Positions 1 to 8,795 of a stretch of 49,587 bases of DNA are shown one piece after another (within the stretch, counting starts at the first letter, position 1; each line of letters starts with the position of its first letter). This DNA comes from Pseudomonadota bacterium (GTDB taxonomy: Bacteria > Desulfobacterota > QYQD01 > JAZDGK01): contig JAZDGK010000278.1 of NCBI GenBank assembly GCA_043806955.1, positions 1-49,587 on the forward strand, in the 5' to 3' direction. The translations under genes were made by a program, and so were the position numbers. The notes under the pieces are model-generated. The model made no database searches and had not been told where the DNA came from. It saw only the letters and a list, made by a program, of their open reading frames with translations.

Positions 1-28
1 GGTTAAACTTGGAACTGTGAACCGTGAA

Positions 29-176
29 CTCAGGGACCCGGAAAATGCTGATATACCGCGCACAGGTCAATTCCCAACATCGAATGTCCAATGCTCAGGG
101 AATTTGCTCCTAATTGGAAATTGGTTATTGAGCATTGAACATTGGAAATTGATCCTAAAATGGTATGATTGAAAAC
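29..176 (+). repeat. Family F element (CCAATG/CATTGG-rich, ends ...GATCCTAAAATGGTATGATTGAAAAC)
   Basis: Its reverse complement aligns with 24443-24536 plus 24680-24748. The same orientation aligns with parts of 43280-43497. Confidence 0.7.
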
Positions 177-192
177 CGGGGCGCGGTTACGT

Positions 193-230
193 CCCCTCAC
201 CCTGCCCTCTTCCCGTGGACGGGGCGAGGG
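193..230 (+). repeat. Family E repeat (CCCCTCACCCTGCCCTCTYCCCGYGGACGGGGCGAGGG)
   Basis: Same sequence as the units at 33.8 kb. It supplies the stop codon of the helicase gene. A partial inverted copy lies at 3897-3925. Confidence 0.75.
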
Positions 231-1435
231 TATCCGGACGGCACCGGGTGTGCCCGCTCCCGGCGGCGTTGCGGTTCACGAGGCGGGCGGGCAAATTCGG
301 TTTCCCGTGCCGGCGCCGGCCTTTCATAATCGAAGCCCTTCAGCGTGCGACGAGCCACCTTTCCGCCGAGCACGCGCTCGATGCCGCGTACCGTAGCCTC
401 GTCTTCATGAGTAATGAACGTGAAGGCATCCCCGGTCTTCGCGGCGCGGCCGGTCCGGCCGATTCGGTGTGTGTAAGCGTCGGTGGTATCAGGCATGTCG
501 TAGTTGATGACGTGGGATATGCATGAGACATCGATGCCGCGGGCTGCGATGTCGGTCGCAACAAGGACCTGATAGGATCCGTCACGAAATCCGTCGAGCG
601 CCATCTGGCGCTTGTTCTGCGACAGATTTCCCTGCAGCGATGCGGCCCGGTAGCCGGCATTTTCCAATTGTTGCCCAAGCCGCTTGGCGCGGTGCTTGGT
701 GCGCGTAAATATCAGGACCGAGTCCGTATCTGTATGGCGCAGCAGTTCGAGGAGGAGCGCGGTTTTGAGATGCTGACTTACCGGATAGAGCGCGTGCGCC
801 ACAGTGCTTGCGGGCGCAGCGGGATCGACCTGAACCGTAACCGGGGTACTCAGGACGTCTTGCGCCAGTTTGCGGATATCATCAGGCATGGTTGCCGAGA
901 AAAGCAGCGTTTGCCGCCTGGCCGGCACATGCTTGATGATTTTTCGGATATCAGGCAGGAAGCCCATGTCGAACATCCGGTCCGCCTCGTCGAGAACGAG
1001 CACCTCCAGATTCGACAGGTTGATCGTGCCCTGACCGATGTGATCAAGCAGGCGGCCGGGACAGGCAACCACGATTTCGACACCGGCGCGCAGTTTCTGT
1101 ATCTGCGGGTTCGTGCCCACACCGCCGTAGACCGTTATGCTGCGAATGTGCGTATGACGGCCGAGGTCGGCAAAGGCGTTGCTGATCTGATCAGCCAGTT
1201 CGCGTGTCGGGGCAATGACGAGGGCGCGGATACGGCCCCGCGGTCCTTTCATCAGACGTTCCAGAATCGGCAGCACGAAAGCCGCTGTTTTGCCGGTTCC
1301 GGTCTGGGCAAGGCCCATGACGTCCTGCCCATCAAGGACCAGCGGAATGGCGCGGCGCTGGATAGGGGTTGGTGTTTCGTAGCCGAGAGCTTTGATGCCG
1401 GCCGTGATCTGCGGATGAAGATTAAACGAAGTCAA
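197..1435 (-). CDS. DEAD-box ATP-dependent RNA helicase (RhlE-like)
   Basis: 412-aa ORF with AQTGTGKT (Walker A), VLDEADRM (DEAD), SAT and HRIGRTGR motifs. TTG start lies 8 nt after GAGAGG. The last ~11 codons of the basic C-terminal tail and the stop codon lie inside a repeat copy (193-230). Confidence 0.9.
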   Translation of the reverse strand: MTSFNLHPQITAGIKALGYETPTPIQRRAIPLVLDGQDVMGLAQTGTGKTAAFVLPILERLMKGPRGRIRALVIAPTRELADQISNAFADLGRHTHIRSITVYGGVGTNPQIQKLRAGVEIVVACPGRLLDHIGQGTINLSNLEVLVLDEADRMFDMGFLPDIRKIIKHVPARRQTLLFSATMPDDIRKLAQDVLSTPVTVQVDPAAPASTVAHALYPVSQHLKTALLLELLRHTDTDSVLIFTRTKHRAKRLGQQLENAGYRAASLQGNLSQNKRQMALDGFRDGSYQVLVATDIAARGIDVSCISHVINYDMPDTTDAYTHRIGRTGRAAKTGDAFTFITHEDEATVRGIERVLGGKVARRTLKGFDYERPAPARETEFARPPREPQRRRERAHPVPSGYPRPVHGKRAG

Positions 1436-1475
1436 ATTGATGTACCTCTCTTTTGTTTATAAGGCTATCGGGAAT

Positions 1476-1620
1476 TATACTCAGCGACATAAGTCCGATG
1501 CATCTCGACATGCTGCGTCACTCGCTGCGGTGCCTGCTCACAGCGCAATAAGGCTGCTCCGCGGGCTCCTCGCTCGTTCCTTGCCTGATCGAACGCCTCG
1601 AACTTATGTCGCTGTGTATA
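1476..1620. repeat. 145-bp long-palindrome element H in the helicase 5' leader
   Basis: Termini are TATACTCAGCGACATAAGT and ACTTATGTCGCTGTGTATA. The core (GCTGCGTCACTCGCTGCGGTGCCTGCTCACAGCG...CTCCTCGCTCG) resembles the core of element P. Confidence 0.75.
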
Positions 1621-1835
1621 GTTCCTGAAAGCGCGTAATTCTATCTGTATTGCGTATGTATTAAAACGTGATAGCGGAGCCGGATTTGGACCGAAGACCT
1701 GCGGATTGTGGAGAGGTTTAAGATGCCTAATCTTGGCTGTCGGCGTATTACGATCTTTTCGTACTATAATCTTGTTCCCTCTATTCTGTCAATGGAATTA
1801 GTCAGGTACTAAGTCCGACAGACTCCTGGACCGCC

Positions 1836-2549
1836 TCAAGTCCGGCCTTGGCCGGTAGTATCCGGAGCATCGCGCTCTTTCAATTGGCGTATCTCTTGAT
1901 AGACTTTCTCCGCACAGTCAGGGCAAATGCTGTGACTAAATTCTGCTTCAGAGTGATTCCGGATGTATGTTTCTATCTGCGTCCAATAGCCCGCATCGTC
2001 GCGTATTTTTTTGCAGGAAGCACAAATCGGCAGCAAGCCGCTCAGGGTCTTGACCGTGGCAAGTGCGTCCTGGAGTTCCTTGATAAGTCTGTCTCGCTCT
2101 TCCTCCGCCCGGTGGCGATCGGTAACATCTTCAATGGCCAGAAGAATCAGCGGACTCTTATCGTAGTCTCGTATCACACGTCGAGCATTCAGGATCATAA
2201 CTCTTTTCCCGATACTCTCGAAATAATGTTCTACCTTGAAATCTCGGAACTCTGTGTGTTGGGGGAGTATTTCGTCCAGTAGTTCGCGAAGCTTCGGAAT
2301 GCTCCACTGGTGATTCCCCAAGTCATATATGAACTGTCCCTGAGTCTCTTCGGGAGTTACTTCAAAAACCTGGTAGAAGGGCCGATTAGCTAAAAGCACT
2401 TTTAAGCCGCCATCCAGTATGACCAGAGGCTCTCGTATCGTATCCACGATGCTTTCGGCATATTCATGTGCTTTCCAAATGTCCCGATCAATCGTCCCGC
2501 GCCGGGCGCTTCCCGGTTCTGATTCGTCAATCCTGCAGTTCACGTCCAT
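1836..2549 (-). CDS. PAS-domain protein with C-terminal CxxC-x29-CxxC module (no kinase core)
   Basis: ORF track gives 1836..2588. Preferred start is ATG 2549, preceded by GGGGAGG. The PAS domain is paralogous to the upstream kinase (AESIVDTIREPL...IYDLGNHQWSIP). The C-terminus is LPICASCKKIRDDAGYWTQIETYIRNHSEAEFSHSICPDCAEK. Confidence 0.8.
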   Translation of the reverse strand: MDVNCRIDESEPGSARRGTIDRDIWKAHEYAESIVDTIREPLVILDGGLKVLLANRPFYQVFEVTPEETQGQFIYDLGNHQWSIPKLRELLDEILPQHTEFRDFKVEHYFESIGKRVMILNARRVIRDYDKSPLILLAIEDVTDRHRAEEERDRLIKELQDALATVKTLSGLLPICASCKKIRDDAGYWTQIETYIRNHSEAEFSHSICPDCAEKVYQEIRQLKERDAPDTTGQGRT

Positions 2550-2606
2550 CAACCTCCCCAGAGTTCTATTCTTGTCTGCACCCCTCATTGTAGGCGTTCA
2601 CCAAGC

Positions 2607-3773
2607 CTATTGCTTCGGCAAGGTGAAGCTGAAGGTACTGCCTTTGCCGGGTATGCTTTCGGCCCATATCCTTCCTCCATGCCGTTCTATTATCGTTCTG
2701 GCAATGGCCAACCCGAGCCCCGAACCCCCTACGTTTCTGCTCCCGCGGTAGAATGCATCAAATATATAAGGCGTATGATCGCTTGAAATTCCCGTGCCTG
2801 TATCCGTAACAGAGACAAGTATTTCATTCCCTCTGTCTGATACTTTGACCGTTGCGGTACCTCCCGGACCTGTGTATTTCACTGCATTGTCGAGAAGATT
2901 CCTGATGACGCGGTTTATCATAGCAATATCCCCATTGATCATAGGAATCATCTTTTCCGGGGAAATGATGGACACACTGACCTGTTTCTTCTCAGCCTCC
3001 AGTTTTCCGGCTTCAATATTTCTTCGGATTTCCGCTTCAATATTGAATGGAGCAAGGACAGGCTTGTATCCTTTCGCTTCAAGTCTCGAGAACTCCAGAA
3101 AATCGGATAGTAACTGTGACAATTTACCAAGCTCGCTAAGGATGATTTGAAGATACTTATGTTGTTTTTCTGCAATGGTTCCGGCCTTCCCTGAAATAAG
3201 TCTTAATAGAAACCCTTCTGATGTTACAAGTGGGTTTTTCATGTCGTGGGCGAACATGGAAAGCATGTTCTTTCGTTCTCTTTCCTGTTGTTTGCTCTTT
3301 GTAATGTCTTCGACGGCAAGAAGGATCATCTTTCGGCCAATCTCCTCCTGATAGACCTGGCGGGCATTAAGCAACATTATTTTATGCCCTACTGTCGAGA
3401 AATCGTGCTCGACTTCGAAGTTGTTGAACTGGGTCTTTTCGGGAAGAATACCCTCAAGCAGCAGCCGGAGTCTGGGAATGTCCCACTGTCGGTTTCCAAG
3501 GTCATAGATATGATTTCCTATGGTTTCCTCCGGATTCGCCTTGAAGATATCAAAGAAGGAACGATTGGCCGAGAGTACTTTGAGGTCTGCATCCAGAACC
3601 AAAAGCGGCTCACGAACTGTCTCTATGATGCTTTCGGCATATTGGAGGGCGGCTCGACCTGCAACTCCCGCACGCTTGCATTCGGCTCCCGACTTTTGCA
3701 AGTCGGCAGTCTGTTGACGCAAGTTTATCAGCTCATCCATAAGTTGTTCTTTTGTCTTGTCTTCATCTTTCAT
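2607..3773 (-). CDS. PAS sensor histidine kinase
   Basis: ORF track gives 2607..3875. Start is taken at ATG 3773 (MKDEDKTKEQ), preceded by GGAGAAG. Contains a PAS domain, H-box MFAHDMKNPL, and HATPase boxes LLDNAVKYT, DTGTGI and GSGLGLAIA. Confidence 0.88.
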   Translation of the reverse strand: MKDEDKTKEQLMDELINLRQQTADLQKSGAECKRAGVAGRAALQYAESIIETVREPLLVLDADLKVLSANRSFFDIFKANPEETIGNHIYDLGNRQWDIPRLRLLLEGILPEKTQFNNFEVEHDFSTVGHKIMLLNARQVYQEEIGRKMILLAVEDITKSKQQERERKNMLSMFAHDMKNPLVTSEGFLLRLISGKAGTIAEKQHKYLQIILSELGKLSQLLSDFLEFSRLEAKGYKPVLAPFNIEAEIRRNIEAGKLEAEKKQVSVSIISPEKMIPMINGDIAMINRVIRNLLDNAVKYTGPGGTATVKVSDRGNEILVSVTDTGTGISSDHTPYIFDAFYRGSRNVGGSGLGLAIARTIIERHGGRIWAESIPGKGSTFSFTLPKQ

Positions 3774-3948
3774 AATTACTTCTCCGGCAAGGTAAAGATG
3801 ACGGCTTGGTACAGCTCCACATAAGAAGGTATCCATAATGCCACGGAGGATGCGCGTTCGCCAAGCAACAACCACCCCGCGCCCCTTATGATTCGGGGGA
3901 GAGGGCAGGGGATGGGACTTAACGTGGGGTGTGAGTTACGGAGGGGCC

Positions 3949-6111
3949 TCACTCTTCAGTTCCGGCTATGATCCGGCACAAGGTCTTGCCTAATTCCTCC
4001 GGTTCGTAGGGCTTGGCAATGACGCCGCGAAAGCCGAATTTTGCATATTCCGTCATGATCGGGTCATTGGAATACCCACTGCAGACAATGGCCCTTACCG
4101 CTGGATCGATCTTCAGGAGCTTCTCCATCGTTTCCTTGCCGCCCATTTCACCCGGTATGGTCAAATCCAGGATAACCACGTCAAACGGCTGCCCTGATTC
4201 TCTGGCTTCTGCGTACCGCTTAACGGCCTCTGCACCGTTTCCGGCCAGGCCCACTTTGTACCCGAGATGCTTCAGTATCTCACCGCCGACGTTTCGCACT
4301 GCTTCGTCGTCATCCATCAGCAGTATCTTTCCCTCCCCGGAGGGCAAACCATAATGACGATCCTCCTCAACCCGGCTTTCCACCACGCCCTTGGCTGCGG
4401 GCAGAAAGATGTGAAAGGTCGTCCCGTTTTCCGGTTTCGTTTCGACATCGATATAGCCGGCGTGCTTTTGTATGACAGAGTAGACGATGGTGAGACCCAG
4501 CCCGCGCCCTGCCTGCTTGGTAGTGAAATAGGGGTCGAATATCCTTTGCAGGTCTTCCTTTGGGATACCGATGCCGTGGTCCTCAAACGATATCCGCACA
4601 TAGGTGCCGGCCTTAAGCGGCAAGTGTTCCTCTCCCTCTACAAATACGTTGCGTGCCCGTATGTCGATGGTCCCCCCCTGAGGCATGGCTTGCTGGGCAT
4701 TGAGGGCCAGATTGTTGAAAACCTGGCTGATCTGCCCTTCGTCCACCTGCACCGGCCAAAGGTCGTCGGCTATAAAGAACTCACACCGGACGTTTGAGCC
4801 TCTTACGGCAAAACAGGCCATCTCCTCAATCAACTCTGAAATCTGAACGACATCTCTTATCGGCGCCCCGCCCTTGGCAAAAGTGAGTAATCGAGCAGTC
4901 AAATGCTTGGCCTGCAAGGCAGCTTTTTCCGCCCTGTTCAACCTTTCAAGAGTGTCGGGTTCCAGTCTTTGCGAGACCTTGGCCAAGGCGATATTGCCCA
5001 GGACCCCCATAAGGAGGTTGTTGAAGTCATGGGCGATACCCCCGGCGAGAACGCCTATGGACTCCAGTTTGTGAAGCTTGATAAGCTCTTCTTCCAGCTT
5101 CTTGCGCTCGGTAACGTCGCGCACAATTCCCATGACCGCCGGTCTTCCATGATACAGGATAACGTCGGTCGATACTTCTACGTCTCTTGTGGTTCCATCC
5201 TTGCAAAGCGCTCTGGTCTGATAGTTGGGAATCTTATCGCCCGTCAGGCGCCGTCCTTGCTTCTCGGTTGATTCATCGCGGCATTCCGGCGCCATGAGCT
5301 CAAAAAAGCATTTGCCGAGCACTTCTTCAACGGTGTAGCCATGATTCAGCGCGAAGGCCCGGTTGGCGAACTTGATGAGCTCATCCTGCACAATCAGTAC
5401 CCCGTCTCCCGCCTGCTCGACCAGAGACGAATACTTGGCCTCTGATTCCTGCAACTCCTCCTCCGCACGGATACGCGAGGTGATGTCCATAACGGCGATT
5501 CGCATCAGCTTCCCGGCCCCTTGGGCGTCCGTTACCGATATACCTTCCATCAGGGCATAAAGTGGGCTCTCACCATCCTTCAGAAGCTTCAGTTCGCCCG
5601 TCTTCTTGCCGTCGCTTTCGAATACCCGGCGGGAAAAAACATGAAATTCGGCACGGGCATCCGAGGCCACAAAAAGCTGAAATCGCCTCCCGACCAATGA
5701 ACGCCTTTCCAGGCCGAGCAGCTTCGCTCCCGCCAAGTTCACCTCCAATATCGTCCCGGATTCGTCAAGGGTGAAATATCCAACGGGTGCGAAATCGTAA
5801 AGGTCCAGATATTTTGTTCGCAGCTCCTCGGCTTCCAGGAAGGCATGCTGCAGTTCCTCATTTTGCATCTCCAGTTCAATCTGATGCACCTGAAGCTCAT
5901 GAACCAGTGCCCGGACATCTTCTTCCGTCATGGTTTTGAAGGCTTCTGACTTTTCCCTGCCCAAACGTTCCTCGGCTTGGCGCCGCAAGTCATTTGATTG
6001 CGGATTGCGGATTGCGGATTGCGGAGTACTCGATTTCGGATTGGAAGATTCGGATTGGTTTGATTGCGGGGGGGATTTCTTGGGTTTCTTGGTTCTGGAA
6101 GGGCGATTCAT
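3949..6111 (-). CDS. Hybrid sensor histidine kinase/response regulator with PAS domains
   Basis: 720-aa ORF. It has the coiled-coil leader LRRQAEERL...HELQVHQIELEMQNEEL, two PAS domains, H-box GIAHDFNNLL, HATPase GRGLGLTIVYS, and a C-terminal receiver (ILLMDDDEAV...VVILDLTIPG). The N-terminal low-complexity stretch is encoded by a heptamer repeat. Confidence 0.9.
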   Translation of the reverse strand: MNRPSRTKKPKKSPPQSNQSESSNPKSSTPQSAIRNPQSNDLRRQAEERLGREKSEAFKTMTEEDVRALVHELQVHQIELEMQNEELQHAFLEAEELRTKYLDLYDFAPVGYFTLDESGTILEVNLAGAKLLGLERRSLVGRRFQLFVASDARAEFHVFSRRVFESDGKKTGELKLLKDGESPLYALMEGISVTDAQGAGKLMRIAVMDITSRIRAEEELQESEAKYSSLVEQAGDGVLIVQDELIKFANRAFALNHGYTVEEVLGKCFFELMAPECRDESTEKQGRRLTGDKIPNYQTRALCKDGTTRDVEVSTDVILYHGRPAVMGIVRDVTERKKLEEELIKLHKLESIGVLAGGIAHDFNNLLMGVLGNIALAKVSQRLEPDTLERLNRAEKAALQAKHLTARLLTFAKGGAPIRDVVQISELIEEMACFAVRGSNVRCEFFIADDLWPVQVDEGQISQVFNNLALNAQQAMPQGGTIDIRARNVFVEGEEHLPLKAGTYVRISFEDHGIGIPKEDLQRIFDPYFTTKQAGRGLGLTIVYSVIQKHAGYIDVETKPENGTTFHIFLPAAKGVVESRVEEDRHYGLPSGEGKILLMDDDEAVRNVGGEILKHLGYKVGLAGNGAEAVKRYAEARESGQPFDVVILDLTIPGEMGGKETMEKLLKIDPAVRAIVCSGYSNDPIMTEYAKFGFRGVIAKPYEPEELGKTLCRIIAGTEE
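5996..6023. repeat. Tandem heptanucleotide repeat (GATTGCG)x4 inside the kinase 5' coding region
   Basis: Read directly from the sequence. Degenerate GATT(T)CGG units follow up to about 6070. Confidence 0.9.
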
Positions 6112-6311
6112 TCTTTGTTCCTCCGGCTGTCATACTGATTGCGGATACCGAAGTTTCTCTTAGCGGTGTTAATTGATGCAACAGTCATAGCCAGAATCTC
6201 TCCGGCTTCTTGCATGAGAGGATACACCTTTTGCAATTCCATTATTGAAGCCTCGATCAACAACTCCATCCAGTATAGAGACTCATCCGCTTCTTCTTCA
6301 ACCACGCCCAT
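6108..6311 (-). pseudogene. C-terminal remnant of a four-helix-bundle protein (23S rRNA IVS protein / Avd family)
   Basis: In ORF 6108..6359, residues KMGVVEEEADESLYWMELLIEA...EILAMTVASINTAKRN match the C-terminal helices of this family. The first ~15 codons are encoded by the palindromic element 6312-6478, and no N-terminal half is present. The stop overlaps the kinase start as ATGA. Confidence 0.5.
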
Positions 6312-6478
6312 CTTAGGGCCTGTCACGAAATAACTTGAACATTCTGAGCGCCGATCCATCCCGTCCGGCTGCGTTGCTCGTCGGTTGCATACTCACGGGT
6401 ATGCGCCCTCCTCGCGTCTTGCCGGACGGGCGCCTCAGCACTCAGAATTGCGCAACTTATTCCGTGACAGACCCTTAG
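6312..6478 (+). repeat. 167-bp long-palindrome element P, copy 1
   Basis: Termini are CTTAGGGCCTGTCACGAAATAACTTGAACATTCTGAGCGCC and its imperfect inverse GGCGCCTCAGCACTCAGAATTGCGCAACTTATTCCGTGACAGACCCTTAG. The central hairpin is GCATACTCACGGGTATGC. Confidence 0.88.
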
Positions 6479-6536
6479 CCGCACTTTCGCCGATCATATG
6501 ATTCATGGGAAAAAATAGCAAGTCGAAATCCTTCCT

Positions 6537-6780
6537 GTACAGCCCTCAAAAGGCCCTGAATCGACTACAAATCTGGATGACCTTTCTGAGCCTTCGTGTA
6601 TAATCGCACAGTGCAGCCTGACAGAAGATGTCCCCATTAAACCCGGACCTGGCGAAGCAACATCGTAGGGTGGGCTTTGCCCACCATCTTTGCTTTGGCC
6701 TTTTCGGGCAGGGATTCCGGTGGGCAGAGCCCACCCTACAAGTATGTCGATTCTGGGTAGTCATTTGTGTAGAGCTGTAC
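6537..6780. repeat. Element bounded by GTACAGCCCTC / GTAGAGCTGTAC, with an inner GTAGGGTGGGC palindrome
   Basis: The termini are inverted. The inner pair GTAGGGTGGGCTTTGCCCACC (6665-6685) and GGTGGGCAGAGCCCACCCTAC (6719-6739) is also inverted. Confidence 0.7.
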
Positions 6781-6796
6781 TTATGGGATTCAAGCC

Positions 6797-7990
6797 ATGA
6801 TATACGTATTTGACCACAACCCGGGATACTTGCTCAACGAAAGCGTCTCTCGATTCACCGGCTGCAGGATATACGAACCCTCCATTTCGTTAAGCGGCAG
6901 CGATCTCCTTTTATATTGCAAGTACTTTCATAACTATACCAGGTTCAAGTTGTTGAATGGAGAGACAGACTATGAACAAATAAGCAGGAACAAAAACGAG
7001 GAGGGCATAGACGAACCGATCGCATTGAATACGGATTTGAATTCGGTCTTGAGACAACAAAACAGCTTCTTATTCCTCTGCAACACCTGGGAGTATTTCC
7101 CTCTCCATTCCAGTCAATTCCAGCACAACCTCTCGCAGTTTCTCCTATATCTGGGGATTCCGTCAGACAAGGTTATCATTTCATGCTGCGATTCAAGAAA
7201 TATAGGCAGGACCGTCAAGGGGAGGATAAAGGCATTCGGCTTTGACTGGTCCTACTTGAGAGAAAAGATCAATTTCAGCGATGAAAACTCGGCAGGCACT
7301 TCCGGCAAAAAGCAGAAGCGTTTCATCTTTCTGAACAGAAGATACTCCGATGACCGCTTCCTGATATTCCTATACCTGATGTACAAGAATTATGATGATA
7401 GAGGCCATCTGTCGTTCCTGTCCGAACCGCCGCCGGGCAGTCTCAGCAGAATTGACAGGCTGATTGGATCGATGGACTTCTTTGATTCAGACTTTCCGGG
7501 GGCCGTTCAGTTCATGCGAGCGGGGCGCTTCAAGCTGCCGGTAGAAATTGACGGCGGCAGGGAAGATGTTGACTGGGCCGGGAATAGAAGCATCAGGCAT
7601 CAAATCAGTGATTCCCACTTTTTCATAATAAACGAGACGATATGTGATCATAATGATTTTTTGTTCGTCAGCGAAAAGACTTACAAAGGGATCAGGCATG
7701 GAATGCCTTTCCTCTTGTTTGGAAGCAACGGCATACTGAAGCATCTGCGCAAATTGGGGTTCAGAACATTCCATCCTTTCATCGACGAGAGTTACGACGA
7801 AGAAGAGGATTATCTGAGAAGATTGAACCTGTTTATTCGGGAAATCGATAGATTGTGTCGATTGAACGAGGATGAAATCAAAGAACTGCACGAAAGCATG
7901 ATCCCGATAGTGGATCACAATACCGGTCATCTTAAGAAAGCCGGCAGGATAGACCTGCTTGAAAACGAGATAACCAGATGCGTTAGATAG
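6797..7990 (+). CDS. Hypothetical protein, possibly a glycosyltransferase (weak GT10-like motif)
   Basis: 397-aa ORF in clearly AT-richer DNA. The only motif I recognise is HFFIINET..DFLFVSEKTYKGIRHGMPFLLFG...LGFRTFHPFIDESYD, which loosely resembles the fucosyltransferase-type C-terminal motif. Confidence 0.55.
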   Translation: MIYVFDHNPGYLLNESVSRFTGCRIYEPSISLSGSDLLLYCKYFHNYTRFKLLNGETDYEQISRNKNEEGIDEPIALNTDLNSVLRQQNSFLFLCNTWEYFPLHSSQFQHNLSQFLLYLGIPSDKVIISCCDSRNIGRTVKGRIKAFGFDWSYLREKINFSDENSAGTSGKKQKRFIFLNRRYSDDRFLIFLYLMYKNYDDRGHLSFLSEPPPGSLSRIDRLIGSMDFFDSDFPGAVQFMRAGRFKLPVEIDGGREDVDWAGNRSIRHQISDSHFFIINETICDHNDFLFVSEKTYKGIRHGMPFLLFGSNGILKHLRKLGFRTFHPFIDESYDEEEDYLRRLNLFIREIDRLCRLNEDEIKELHESMIPIVDHNTGHLKKAGRIDLLENEITRCVR

Positions 7991-8001
7991 AGATCTATTC
8001 T

Positions 8002-8781
8002 ATGTGCAAAGAGATCCGCGCATATTGGATGGATGAAAAGAACTTCGGGGACATGCTGACCCCTGTCCTGCTCGAGCACTATGGTTATCGGGCGTCTCAC
8101 GCATTGATCGATGCCTGTGATTTGATCTGTGCCGGTAGTGTCCTTGACTATGTCTCATCAGATTACTCCGGGATCATCCTGGGAACCGGTTTCATGTGGG
8201 AGGAGAGTCGGACGGCGTTCAGCCGTGCAAAAATTCTCGCCTTGCGCGGGAGACTCACATGGGAAAGGGCGCATTCTCCCGAAAACGTAATCCTGGGAGA
8301 TCCCGGTCTGCTCTCGGCAAACCTCCTGGGAGGCGCTGTATGCAGCCAGTATGCGCTAGGTATCGTGCCTCATTACGTCGATAAGGACAACGTTGCCATC
8401 CGCCGCCTGAAAGAGAAATATCCGGATGACGTTCACGTGGTCGACGTGCAGGAAGAGCCCCGATTCGTTGTCGGAGAAATAGCGAAATGTGAAAACATCT
8501 TTTCCTCCTGCCTGCACGGCCTTATTGCTGCAGACGGCTTGGCAATTCACAGTCGTTGGCTTGTCTTAAGCGACAAAGTACTTGGGAACGGCTTCAAATT
8601 CATGGACTACTATTCCGCATTTGGAGAAGAGAGAACTCCGGCAAGAATAAGCGGAGATGAGGATCTCGGACGGCTGCTTGGCTATATGAAAGAGCCATCC
8701 CCAAAAGTCGGTGACGTCATGCATTCCTTGGATAAGCTTTTTCGAGAATTGGACACTTGGCTGAGAAGAAGCAAATCGTAA
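8002..8781 (+). CDS. Polysaccharide pyruvyl transferase family protein
   Basis: 259-aa ORF with the N-terminal NFGDMLTPVLL motif, GTGFM, and the overall pattern typical of CsaB/WcaK-type pyruvyl transferases. Confidence 0.6.
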   Translation: MCKEIRAYWMDEKNFGDMLTPVLLEHYGYRASHALIDACDLICAGSVLDYVSSDYSGIILGTGFMWEESRTAFSRAKILALRGRLTWERAHSPENVILGDPGLLSANLLGGAVCSQYALGIVPHYVDKDNVAIRRLKEKYPDDVHVVDVQEEPRFVVGEIAKCENIFSSCLHGLIAADGLAIHSRWLVLSDKVLGNGFKFMDYYSAFGEERTPARISGDEDLGRLLGYMKEPSPKVGDVMHSLDKLFRELDTWLRRSKS

Positions 8782-8795
8782 GCCCCGCAGTTATT

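Noticed and set aside
668-1462. A 264-aa plus-strand ORF overlapping the helicase gene.
   Set aside because: It lies entirely antisense to a DEAD-box helicase that has all canonical motifs, and it has no motifs of its own.
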